The notes under the pieces were generated by a model. It made no database searches. It saw nothing but the letters and a program-made list of their open reading frames with translations, and was not told where the DNA came from. Source: Dimorphilus gyrociliatus (Eukaryota > Animalia > Annelida). From it: DNA of 64,000 nucleotides. Below are positions 1-13,179 of this stretch, piece after piece (within the stretch, counting starts at the first letter, position 1; the number at the start of each line of letters is the position of its first letter). The stretch is taken from the NCBI GenBank assembly GCA_904063045.1, contig CAJFCJ010000027.1, positions 124,001 through 188,000 of the forward strand. The letters are read 5' to 3'. Both the position numbers and the translations under genes were made by a program.

Positions 1-65
1 GACTAATTATATCAACGAAATTGTTCGAATTGCCTATAATTCTTTATTCTTTTACTACTACTATT

Positions 66-3000
66 TTAAAGTGAAAAACTTACGGGATAGAGGAAAGTCG
101 ATTGGGAATCTTCCGAGAAGCTATTCTTGGCAATACATTTGTATGATCCCATATCGTCGAGAAAGTTTGCATTCCTTATTATTAAATCCCCGTTTCGTAG
201 AAGCTAATTTCGTTAAAATCATCATCAATATTAGTATGTTGCATCATTTATCTTCTTCATCTTACCTTATACTTTGACATATTTTCAGTTATTTTCTTAT
301 TAATCCTGTTGTACCATGTGACGGTTGGCTTAGGGAAACCGGAAACCCTACAGAAGAGATGGGCATCAGTATGCTCCTCCTCCATTTTATTGGGACTCCA
401 CATCGTTACTCTTGCTGGGATTTGATCTGCAAAAATTCAATTATCGTTATTAAAATCACCATAATCAATTGCTGAATTCTCCATTTATTTCCTTATTAAT
501 TCTTCTACTTTTTTTCATTCGACAACGAATATAATATAGATGGCGCTGATGGTTTCTAAATGCGCTTTATATACAGAATATTTTATGGGAAAAACGCCCA
601 TTTTAAAGGAAAGACTTTTATTAAAAAGAATTTAGTTGAAAGAAAACAAGAAATTGCTAAGGAAAACATGATTTATTTGACTATGGAAATTTTTCAAGAT
701 CAAAGAGATTGGTGACGTCATAAAAGTATGAATGAAGTTTATCACTTCTAAAGAGGATATTGGTATTGTTATCTACGTTATTATTTGTATATGCTAAATA
801 AGTTTGAAGGAAATTTATAAAAAAAAAAGAATTTAGTGAAAAAGAAAGGAAGAAGAAGAGAGACTAAGCAACGAGGGAAAGACAGATAGATAGAGAAGGA
901 AGGATGGAAGAAGGGGAGAATAAATAAAAGGCTGAATGATTGATTGAACGAACAAAATGACAGAACAAACGAACGAAAGAAACGAATGAATGAATGAATG
1001 AATGAATGAATGAGTAAATAAATATATAGATGAACGAATAAAATTGAAATAAAAAAGAAAGTCGACAAGTACTTACGTCTCATTTCAGAGATCCTTTTCC
1101 CCTTATTCAACCTAGTACAATAGTTGTCTGCAACCTCTGTAATTGAGAAATATGGTTAATTAAGTTTATCGTCTATTCTTCATAGAATAAAACAGGCAAA
1201 CATAAATAAAGGTTATTAATTTTTTTACCTCCGTTAAGAGTGACGTCGAAATCTAGACGCTTTCTTTTGACTGGAGATTGAGCTACGCAAGTGTAGGAGC
1301 CAGCGTCTGTTTCATCAGCACAATCTATGAATAACTTTGATTCGGTGACGGCTAATGACAATTTCTTCTCTTCATAGATTGCATCATCATCAAGAACGGT
1401 TAAGGTCGAATCCTGGTAAAAAAAGAAAAAGATAGAGAAGAGGTCAATAAAGGTTGTAGTAAAAATGTTTAGAAATTTTCTCAACTATTTCCTCTGTTTT
1501 GCAATTATAATTAATAGAAAATGGTACGTAACAAACACCTAATAGATGGAAATGAGACGAATAATGTCTGTCAAAGACTCTTGGACACGAGGCAGTTGTA
1601 TATATACACCTAAACCTATATATAATCATTCCCTCTATTCTACAAGCACAGGGAATATTTTATATTCTTCTATGTCCATGATTTGGACCGAACTAATTGC
1701 ATTATTTGGTTGATTTTTGGGGTTTCGTAGGTTATAATTAGTTCCTTTTGGTCATTGTTTTCGCTTAATAGAAGAGGAATATAGAAAGAGACGCATAAAT
1801 AATTTCCCCGATTCGTACATTTTAAATTGCTCAGAGGTTTTCTTTTGGATATTATGCAGATTTTGCAGTTTTTAACGATTCCCTTAATTCTTGGGATTTT
1901 GTTAAGAGAAACCGAGAAGAAAGAGAATGAGAAAAAATCAATAAATTTCTTTGATTGCTACTAAATGAACAGGAACATAAAACAAGTTTTCGCCTTTTTA
2001 GAGTCATTACTGTCCAACATTTCGCGATTCTTAATTGACGTTAAGTTTGTCAACTGAAAAAACTGTTTGTTTTTACCTTAATGGCTTAGTAAACGATCTA
2101 TTTAGAATATTCTCTAGAGTATTAAGCTAAACGTTGTCTATTGTTACGAGTTTTCATTTCAGAATGTCTAATACAAAGCGTTTAAAATGTTGGATTTTTA
2201 CGGCAATGGAAATAGTACACCTACGCTATACTCGCCTAGTCGTTAGCGAATGTATACATACATACATACATATATAGATAAACTGCTAGTTTCTGGTATA
2301 CGTAATAATAATGGCTTAACTACCTCCCTTTTCCCTCTATTCTATCTCTGTTAGTATCAGTCTTTCCCCCCTTCTCTTTGCCTTAACAGCCTTCATTAAT
2401 AAACTTGCATATATTGAATATATAATACAATTTTTCTACGCTTTGTTTTCATTTCCAAGTAGAAAATTTTGCAAACGTTACGCAAATCTCGGAAGTTGAC
2501 AATAAAGAATATAAAGTTACATTAACAATCTAGAAAAGTTTTATGCCATTTTCACAATGAAAACAATTAGAGTTTTAGATAGGAAAATATTCCTAGAATA
2601 GGCAAAAACAGCGTAAAAATATTATGGAAAACTTATTGAAAACTCTACAGTTCGCAGGCGTCTAATTTTTTCAATAATATTTTAAAAGCAATCTTTCGTC
2701 AGTGTCCTTGTTTTATAGTTTGTTTTCTCTATTTAACCTACATCTCTGTTCATTCAGTTCAATACGAGTACGATAGCTTTAAGTTTTATATGTAATTACA
2801 TTCCTCCGTTTCTCTTTTTCTTTCTCTCTCTCTCTCTCTCTCTCTCTTACTCTCTCCTCCCCCTTTTCAGTTTCCTACTTTCTTCCTTATATCAAAACTA
2901 TCTACATTCTGTCTGTCTATCTCTCTATTTATCTATTTATCTTCTCATCTATCTATATCTTTATCCGTCTCTATCTTCTTAACTTTATATGTTAACAACG

Positions 3001-3309
3001 TTTTAGCGAATGCCGTTAATTAAGCGTCTTAGGGGCAATTTTATTTCTCAAGAAGCGAACAAATTGAATGGAGGATAAAAGTAAAACATATAAAGCAACT
3101 ACCTGTACGATCCGTTGACCTTTAAAGAGCCAGTGAATAGTGGCTGGTGGTGAACTCGTAACTTTACATTTAAGAACCAGATTTTCACCAATTTGACCAG
3201 TTACGGTAGTTTTGGTTTCCATAAAAACAATCTTATCTTCTGGAACTGTGCTGCCCACTCTGCAATTAAACAGTAGGCTAATCAACAAAAAAGAGTAGTA
3301 CTTCTTCAT
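66..3309 (-). CDS. Secreted two-Ig-domain protein of the ImpL2 / ZIG (insulin-binding) family
   Basis: Five exons with GT-AG sites and consistent phases: 3309-3103, 1412-1229, 1136-1077, 426-266, 203-66. Signal peptide MKKYYSFLLISLLFNCRVGS. Ig1 has LVLKCKVTSSPPATIHW...SKLFIDCADETDAGSYTCVA. Ig2 has PARVTMWSPNKMEEEHTDAHLFCRVSGFPKPTVTWY...GDLIIRNANFLDDMGSYKCIAKNSFSEDSQSTFLYP. The terminal TFLYP and the two-Ig layout fit ImpL2/ZIG. A GTAAGT after FLYP could alternatively splice to an exon outside the window. Confidence 0.8.
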
Positions 3310-3559
3310 GCTGCCAAAACAAAGTCTGCTACTAAGATGCTGTTTGGGTGCTCTTTTATTCGCTTCTGATGAATATTTACAATGCAAATGCATGATGATG
3401 ACTCACGACTCTTCAATATTCATTGGATGCGCAAATGAAGTAGTATTTGTCGTGTAAAGTGTTACTAGAGCGTATTTAAATGTAAAAGTAGTAGAAATGA
3501 TTATTCATAAGAAAATTTTTTGATAATTTGCCAAAAAGATCCATATAGGTTGCGCGCGC

Positions 3560-3591
<32 letters not shown>

Positions 3592-4364
3592 GTGAGTGTG
3601 TATGTGTACGTACGAAAGTATGTATGTATGTACGTACTTATGTATGTGTTTATAGAATGTAAAGCATTAATTCTATTGTTATGAAAATTCATTCTAATCT
3701 AATAGGATTTTAATAAGATCCGAATAAAAATATGTTTAATTTTATACACTGTTTCTGTTTTATAAAGAGAGAAGAACTATTAAAGATTTGTAATATAAGA
3801 TTCCTTCTTTTTTTATATGAATGCTATAAAAAAAGAGGGAAATATAGATCGAAGGAATAAAAAAAATTGAAAAAGAAGAAGATTAGGAAGGTTATGTAAA
3901 AAGTTACATAACGTATAAATATACACAATTATATAGATTTATATATGTATGCACATGTATATACATTTCGTTTTCTTATAGTATACAGAATGATAGAGTA
4001 TATAAGCCAGACAAAAATTAAATTGATTGATTAATTACCAGGTGCTTAGCGCTCAATTGTCACTGATTTATGTTTCATTCTTTTATTAATAGAAGAAAAC
4101 TTTAAATAGGCAAGTTTTCTTGTCCCTCTCTCTCTCTCTCTCACTCTTTCGCTCTTTCTCATATTATTTTTTTAAAACAAAAATTTAATTAATAAAACAT
4201 TATAAAAGTATTTTATTAAGACAGCGAAGACGATTTATTATTGGTGATAGTATAAAATTACGTACCAAACTTGAAACTAATAACTGAATCAAAGTGCGAT
4301 CTGTCACGTGATGAGCAATTCCTACTATAGAGGACCACACGGGTAAAAGTCCAAAGAGGAAGAA

Positions 4365-4402
<38 letters not shown>

Positions 4403-7199
4403 CTGTATATGTATACGTGTACATTTAAGTAAGCGTACAAATATGTGAATATTATATAAACGTATTACATAAAAGGGAGAATAACAAGGTTGGAAACGTT
4501 TAAACGCATTCTTAATTATTAATATTATTAGAAAGGATGACGATGGATGAAAGCATTATTTCTAGCTGATAAGCAAAAATTTACTTAATTATCTTTCTTT
4601 GTTTTTATTAGTTGGCAATCTCTCAAAATATTTCGAATAATATAGGAATAAGAATTTTAGAAATTTATGCATAAAATATTCAAATCCTTCCTTCTACTTC
4701 TTCTTCTTCATCTCCTTATTCTTTATTCTTTTCTTATCTATGTATATCTTTAATAAATGACAAGGTTTCATTTTAATATTTTAATTATTTCGAATGGAAT
4801 GTCTAATAGATGATGTAAGGAAGAATGAACGAAGAGGGAAAGTGATCGAGTACATTTTTTATTAAACTTTTAATCGAACGGAATTTTATCATTGTACGAC
4901 TTTTTTGCTTTGTATTTGTTTTGATTTAGAAAGTTTTTATGCAAATTAGATAAGAGTAAAGTTGAATGAACAATAAAGAAGTAGAGAAGGAAGTACGAAC
5001 GGAAAAGATGACTATGCATATGTATAGATACGCGTATACTTGTTTACATATGTATATGTATGCATGTATGTTTGTATGGTATACAACACATTCCTAGATA
5101 CGCTCGTTGGAGAAGAGATGGAGATTAGTAGAAGACACAACTTAATGATAAACTGAAAGAACAATGATAATTAAATACGTTCTTATTAGTTTTTAGAAGG
5201 TTTACCATTTACTAGTTGATAATTCTGAAAACGCAATAAGAGAAATATAATGAGATAATATTTGCTATAGCCCATTATGTAATAACTTTATTTCCGGTTT
5301 TTGTCCGAAACAATCTTTTTCCTTGTACAAAAAACATGTTGGAAAATGAGATTGTGTACAGTTTGTAATGCAGTCAGAGTCAAAGCGAATTTATCAATTA
5401 GCTTACAGCTACAAACACCTGTTTTGATTACATGAGTCACATAGAAAGAATTTCTATCGTCTTGTTGAGGTCTTAAGTAAACTGTTAATCTCTTACTTTT
5501 ATCAAACAACTCAGTAGGCTTTTGTTTTTGTTGAAATAATCCCAATCGTCAAAGTACTCTGTGACCTGAAGAGGAATTGAATGGTACTCTGGCGAATTTC
5601 ATCATTTTCTATCTAGTAGTTTAACCACTCGGCTAACCTTCTACTAGTGCACGCCGATTGATATGAGTGGTCATTTTCCTTCCGCATTCTTAAAGCTAGG
5701 AGGGGGTGTGTACCGAGGGTTAAAGTTTAGTCAATACTTATCACCTTACGTATTTTCGTTTGTTTTTTCCTTTTTTAGGGTTGGGGGGAAGTAAAAAAAA
5801 TAGCGCCACCTATTCCGTAAACATAAACAAGAATCAAATGGAAAGATGCCGGCCACTTCCTTCTTTATTCTTCCCACTTGTTATGAATGGAAAATGAGTA
5901 CACACGAGCAGATAAGAGAATAGGCTTAATAAACAATTTCTCATCGCTATTAGTAAGCGAAACAGGAAGACTACAAAGACAAAAGATGTGTGAGTAGGGG
6001 TTAGGGAGGGAAGAGAGGGAAGAAAGGTTTTGAGACAGAATGAGACATACAAGCAGACAGACAGAGAGACAGACAGACCAGCAGAGGCAGAGAAAGTCGT
6101 AAGAGATAAATAGATAAATAGTTAGATAGAACAAACGATAATAATTACAATAAAAGGAATTTAATTGGTTTAGTATCGAAAGAGAGCGAGAAAGCTAGAA
6201 ATAGAGAGAGAGAGAGAAAGAGAGAGAAAAGATGAGTTTATCTAGATTTATCGCCAAAAATGAATTATCCGAAACATTAATTAATATGAATATGTGACAT
6301 TTGTCTTGTATAAAAAAATAGTTATGTCCAATTCTTAATAAGATAAGTTGTTTTATATTTTGATTTCTACCAAAGTAATATTTATATAAATACTATAATT
6401 CTTATTACATTATTTCACCTTCAAAGTTTTTTGCTCTTAGTTTACTCAGGCGGTTAATAATAGCATTTTTAAACGGACTAATGTACCCTATGTAGTGGCA
6501 AAACTATTCAATGCCAAAGTAATTAGGTATCTTATGAAGCGTATTTATACTTCAGTATATATATATATATATATATACTGTATATCATGCATGCTTATTA
6601 TATTCTTTTTATAGTATATACACACACATATATATATAGATTGTTACAAAAAAGACCTTATAATAGAATCGTTCTCCTTTATTCTCATAAACTCTTTTCT
6701 CTTTATTGTTTGCCTAATGTTTACGTAGATAAATTACATTCATTGGGTCAAGGTTAATTATAGTGAATCTGTCACAGTTTTACTTTTTTGTTCATAGAGC
6801 GGACTATATAGACGCTTAGTATAAATATATGAAAATACTTTTTCACGGGTCTTACTACAATCAACAGTATTATATTTGTCCAAATTTAATCAGTAGGCAG
6901 TGCGCAACTTTTATAAAATTAGGAAGCTTTGAGAGAGTAGAGTTTTTGATTACTTCCGGTTTTTATATATAATAAAAAAACAAAATTTTTTTGGCCATGA
7001 AAAGATTTAAAGATGAGAATTCTATGAGTATTGATAAAGATAACTATTCGTAAACAGTGAGAAAGAGAGAGAGAGACAAATATATGTGCAAGTTAGCAAC
7101 TAAATGAGAAAAAAAGATGTACAGTGTCAAGTATATACCATAGATAGTTAAAAGAAAAGAGAAAGGTTCTCCTCCTCCTCCATCTCTCCTACTCCTTCT

Positions 7200-7234
<35 letters not shown>

Positions 7235-10200
7235 CTTTATTTATGTTTGTCGTAATCCTTGATAGCTTTTTTTATATGAAAGATCTATTTTTAAAAGACT
7301 TCAACATATTATTCTTGGATATTGTTGTAACGCCCTTTTCTCCTTGGAACAACTTTAATGATAGAGTAAAACACTTCTTTTTTCCTTAAAAAGTAGAGGA
7401 ATATTTTAATTTATGCATTTATCTTAATTAAGATGCAAAACCTAATTAAGTGGTAGATTTTCTATTGATCCTGATAGAGAGATCTGATAAGATGGTGGTT
7501 GGCAATTATAATATGTATGCGTAATGCACTCGACGACCTACAACCATGTAAACTAATAAGACGGAAAAGTTACAAGTGTTGCACTCTTCTCTTTTCAAAT
7601 TTTTGTCCATGAATTATCTATTTTTTTTGTTGCAAGTTCATAGAAGAAAGCGACATAAGAATTAAGATAAAATATGCGTTGAAGATGCCGTAAGGTAATG
7701 TTTTATGCAGTTGAAAAATAGTAGAAATGAGAGAACAGCTTGCTTTATCGGTATTTATACAATAGACATACTGCATTTATATATAAATTTATATGTCATA
7801 ACCTACAATAGAACATGAAATAGGAAGACTACAGAAAAAAAATAAAAAAAGAGCAAATTGGAAAGAAATGTAAAATTGGCGGTAAACTATAAAGCAATTG
7901 CTCATATTCAACGTCTCGTTAGACTAATAAAACTGGGTTAAAAAGATCAAAAGTAAATTTATGTTACCATCTAACTACGCACAATTTCTTTGGAAATCTG
8001 GTATAATCTTTAATTCCAAACTATTGGCTATAAATTGTTAAAAAGCCAGACATTCTCACTCGTTTAATCGACGATCATAGTCGACCGGGTCAAGGACTTA
8101 CGGATGCTAATGGACAGTAAGGGCATTTTTAATGTCAATGGAAATATTTTACAATAAAAAATAAGATTTAAAAGAGTCGATGAAATCAAAATTCATTCCA
8201 AGGTAAAGGAGGTTGACGAGGTTGAAGGGATAGAGTAAACGTTGCCGAAATTAGCCTTACTGAGGAAGTGGGGAATGATAGTGAATGGACGAAGGAGACA
8301 GGAGGTAGGCAGATAAGGAAGGAAGGAAGGGAATGTAAAAGCTTAAGAACTAAACAGAGACAAGAAGACTGCCGAAGGAAGGGTTTAATAGGGAAGGAAA
8401 TTAGTAGGATATTGTGCTATTAACGGAAGAAAAAACTTGTTTTATCAATCAGCTTTGGCTTAAAGGATTATTTAAACACGGGCGACAAACAGAAGAGAGC
8501 AAAGCTGACTAAGGAATTTTTCAACTGGTTTGATTAATACTGAGAATTGAGTTGTCTTTCAAAGGATGCTTAATTTTGTAAAATTAACTATTACCTGCCA
8601 AGTTGGCGTTTGCTTTTATTTAAGTAGGAGTATTGTCTAGAATCTATGCCAGACATACGCCTATAGATTGAACACGATACGTCTCTTTTCTCTTTTCAAC
8701 AAATAAAACATTCTATATCACTCAAGAGTTTGCCTCGTTAAGCAAACATTTGATGATTATTTGCCGACAGAAAGTATTAATAAACTAATTGAATTTAAAT
8801 AAAGACAACCTTTCCAGTTTGCTTCTAATTAATGTTAAGTGTTCTGGTTCAATTCTTTTTGATATTTGGAAAAAACCAACAGTTTTTCTAGACGCCAGAC
8901 GCCTGTACCGTTAATTTTTTTTAGTTTACTTGATTAACATTTGGAGCACCATTTGCATAAAAATTTAATTTAATGCGAAACCTAAAGAGAAAGAGAGAGA
9001 GAGAGAATATGTAATCGTTCAGGAGTAAAAAGTTAACCTTGACTAATAGGTGTTGTTAAATGTCGCATCTTTTAGGGAGATAGGGAGAGAGCAAGGAATA
9101 TATAAATGTATATATAAATATATATATAAATCTAAATTGAAATACAAGTTTCCCTTTCTCCCCTTCCAAACCCTGAAGGGAAAAGAAACGCTACCTAATT
9201 ATTCAATTCCGCTACATAGTCGACATCTATTTATTGCAATGCCATATCAACTCTTTTTATCATATTGTTACAAATCTATTGGTACGTTAAAAAAGAAATT
9301 AGAATGATAAATATCTATAAATTATCCAACTGCAGATATATACAGTATATATGGTCTTTAATACGAGAAGAATAATAGCAGGCTAACCCTGATTAATTAG
9401 TATTAATTATTCATAATTATTAAATGTATATCAATAAGCACACACATATAAATATATATATACATATTATCAGCATAATTATGCACTTTAGATTCGTCGT
9501 TTAGCTAATTTCTTTTCTTTAGTACTTTTGTCATGTTATCCTATTCGAGCACAGTCCATCTCTCTCTCCTCTTTCGTTTTCGAACATAAAAATAAGGGCA
9601 GAGAAGAAAATAATGATAGAGAGAGAGAGAGAGAGATAGAGATAGAAAGAAAATGACAAGAATAATTAACAAAAAAAAAAAGTTGGAAAGTTGTCAACTA
9701 TTATAATATGGAAAGAATGAAAAAAGACTAGGTTTAAAGAAAATTGGCTATAAGGCATTAATTTCTATGCATTTTTTCTCCATATTAGATCGACGTAAAT
9801 AAACTTTTAGTTTATATTACGCAATCAAAAAATAAGATGGTTTAGGTTGAAAAAATTTCAAGGCTACTGCTAAGATTTCTTACTGATTTTGTTGGTTTAT
9901 TTATTTAACGGGAATTTTCTCACACTACAATTTATCAGTTTGATACTTTTATGTAAATTTTACCAATTACTCACTAAGTCATTATGATGTTAATCAATAA
10001 TATAAAAAATTTCGCTTTATTCATTTGGTTTCATTTTCCTTCTACTCTCTCTATTCCCCTTTTTTCTGTACAATAAGATAGATAGAGAGCGAGAGCAGGC
10101 TGGTGAGAAAGAAGGAGGGAGGGACAGGCGGGGAGAGGAGAAGATTATTGTTCGTTTTTTGCATTCGTTCCATTTTACAAATGAAACAATAATGGAAATG

Positions 10201-12146
10201 AATATATTATTTCTAATAAATGCCACTAATCTCATTCTCTTTCTCTTGTATCTTTTTTTGGTCTAATTAGATTCTTGACTATTTTTGAACTACTTTTTAT
10301 TTACTTAAACATTCCCGAATTAACAGTTGTTTGTGTTTTCCTGTTTTTGACTAAAAACATAAGAAAGACGAGTAAGAAAAGAGAACTAATAACGGTACAG
10401 TAGAATTCTAAAAATATCCTCCTTTTCTCTATTTAAAACTATTACAAAAAAAAGGGAAATATTCACTTCTTCTTGGTTTTCTTGCTAAAAACTGATTTTT
10501 TTCTTCTTCTCTTTCCATAAAATGTCCTCAAAAGCGGATAAAATTGTTTTTACGGCCATTCTAGACGACTTTTATACTTAAAATGCTCTTTTCTAAGAAT
10601 TGCTATCCGCAATTCAATCATTTATCCAATTCAATACAATACAAGCAAGACAACTACGCCCTATTTCGCTTGCTATTAAATATACTATATACAGTGCATC
10701 TATATTATTAAATATTGTCTGTACAGAGATATCTTATTTATCTATATGAGTGAGCATTCATCTCTCTATTATATTTGATTGCAGAATCATACAAGAACTG
10801 TTCTTTCTCTCATTCTCTTTCTCTTTCGGTTACCCTCCTTCTCTCCTTTCTCTATCAGACAATAAGTATTAACATATAAATTCATAGTTATGCGTAACTA
10901 AGTAATTTAATAGGCAAAGGATATCACTAAGGGCAATAATTCATCGAAAACCGATGCTGTTGACGTCATTCAAGGATAACTTGGGTACGACTTTGAGCCT
11001 TTCTATTCATCAAAAAACCATTTTTCCTAGTTTTTCTCCCCATTTTGTTGACTTTAATTAGTGACGTAAGCGAAATTCTATTTAAATTTTATTTTAGCTG
11101 ACGGAGTGAAAAAAAAACATTTATACGAAGAAAAATCATTTAATTGTTGTATTTAGGCCTATCATTAATAATTCTAATAATCGGCGAGAGAGCAAAAAAG
11201 AGGTTCAGGGGTATGGATAGGAGGGAATAAGTATATAGAGATAGAGAGAGAGAGAGAGAAAGAAAGAAAATGAGAAAAGAACTATTTCTTCATTCTTAAA
11301 AGACAAAGAGAAATAGAAAGTAATTAAATCATCCTTTAGTTTTTATGATATTAAAATAGTTATTCTATATATGGAATAGATAGCGTATTTAACACGGTTA
11401 AAATAATTAAATAAATGAAATTAAGCAATTAATCCATTTGTTTCTTCTATAAAGAACAATAATAATAATAACAATGATAATTACTGTATCTATACAGTAT
11501 ATACAGTATATACAGTTTATATATATATATATATTATCTATCTATATATATATATATATATAGTATTTACATTTATATAAGTTTAATAACAATAATAATA
11601 ATAAAACAACTATAGAAAAAATGGTAATTTCACTTCGCTCGAGAGAAAATTCTACCTAGTTTTTCTAAAAAATTTTAACAATTTTTCGTGGAATTTGGAC
11701 TTTTAGACAGCAAAAAACACTTGCACAATATTCCGTTTCAATCTGGATAGAATTAATGAATGAATGAATGCATTTGTTAATTCCTAACTATTTGAATACG
11801 ACGATTGAACGAGTAAATGAGAAAAGTAATACAAGAAACAATGAGTAAAGTAGACAGATAACTAAATAGGACATTAGCTATAAATCGTGCACGTGTATGG
11901 CCTTCGAGTTGAAGTAAGGCTGACAAAAAGTAACATTACTTATATGTAATAGATGGCGATAGTTACATGTACCATTCTAGATCGATAAATAAGAACAGTT
12001 ATCTAATCGGTAATCGTCTGATAAACCATAGATAGTTGCTTTTTAGAGAAGTTTTAACAAAGATAACGTGTCATTTTACCTGAAAACGTGCTAACGGATA
12101 ACAATAATAAAAAATACCTAATCATTGTTACAGAACGAATAGTAGC

Positions 12147-12634
12147 ATGGATAAATTAACATTCTCTTGTAAAGGCGTCATTTTTTCGATAGTTTTCCTT
12201 CTCCTGGAAATATGCCTGTCGGTTAAAGGACAAAACATTACTACTCCCGCTACCGAGTCTTCGAAACTTTCCCGAACGGATAAAATTATTGTAGGCAAGT
12301 AAAGGAGGCTAATAACTAAATAACGAAACTTTGATGTTCATCTTTTCTATCTTGCACACTGTAGGTGTGGTTTCGGGGGTTGTTGGACTTTTGCTTATCT
12401 TAGGTATTGTGTTAATGTGCAAGAATAAAAGAGAGTAAGTATATTCGAATATAGAATTATCTAATTATCCATTCACTTTTCATTCATTTTAATATTGAAT
12501 ATTCTTGCAGTTCCAGTGCTAAGAAATCAGCTGCATATAAAAATTATCTTGGACAAAGCTATATCAATCATCAGCCTCCCCAACTAGGCTCCGAAGACAA
12601 AAAACGCTTCTACGACAATAAGGGATATATATAA
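12147..12634 (+). CDS. Small (113 aa) type I single-pass membrane protein, uncharacterised
   Basis: Exons 12147-12294, 12365-12434 and 12511-12634 give 342 nt in frame. Intron 1 is AG|GCAAGT...TGTAG (GC-AG) and intron 2 is GT-AG. Translation: MDKLTFSCKGVIFSIVFLLLEICLSVKG-QNITTPATESSKLSRTDK-IIVGVVSGVVGLLLILGIVLMC-KNKRDSSAKKSAAYKNYLGQSYINHQPPQLGSEDKKRFYDNKGYI. This shows a signal peptide, an NIT sequon, a TM helix, a basic stop-transfer and a Tyr-rich tail. Confidence 0.75.
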
Positions 12635-13179
12635 AAGAAACAACGGGGGGAAAACTGTCTAGAATGACTGTAAGCTATTGAAAGTATGAAGATAAAAATC
12701 TTAAAAAAAAAGAAAAAACAGAGTTCAACGCCCTCTACTACTTTTTGTATTCTTAGTACATTTTATAGCAGTGTTCCTTTTTTTTATTAGCTAAAATATA
12801 CATGTAATAGTTATTTTCAATTGATAAATAAATTAACTAATTAATTAATTAATTAATCAAATTTAAAAAAATCTTTAAATCTGGATTAGAGAAGAAGTGG
12901 AAAAAAAATTGTATTATATTTTAGGAGATTTTAATGCTCTCTGTTTCGTAGACAGCAAATTTATACATTTCTCTTTTAAGAGAAAAGGGTTTTTTTTTCT
13001 TTTATACTGAAATAAAGACGACAGTCAAGTCGATTTTTTTTCTTTTTAAGATGACAATTTCCTACAGTTTACAACCTCAACACTTGAAACAATTGAACAG
13101 AAATTTAATCAAAAATAGCGATAATCAATAAAAGTATAATCTTTACTTCAGATACCATTTATCCTTATATACGATAATT

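Noticed and set aside
5288-5620. 85-aa minus-strand ORF (…SFYVTHVIKTGVCSCKLIDKF…) and nearby exon-like segments
   Set aside because: It has no ATG start, no recognisable domain and no consistent multi-exon model. A BLASTx would be needed to revisit it.
8050-8117. Exon-like segment ILTRLIDDHSRPGQGLTDANG followed by GTAAG
   Set aside because: The acceptor lacks a pyrimidine tract and no partner exons were found.
8943-8960. Partial match to miR-29 (AGCACCATTTG), and a similar partial miR-219-like match near 56397
   Set aside because: The matches are short, diverge within the mature sequence, and have no supporting hairpin.
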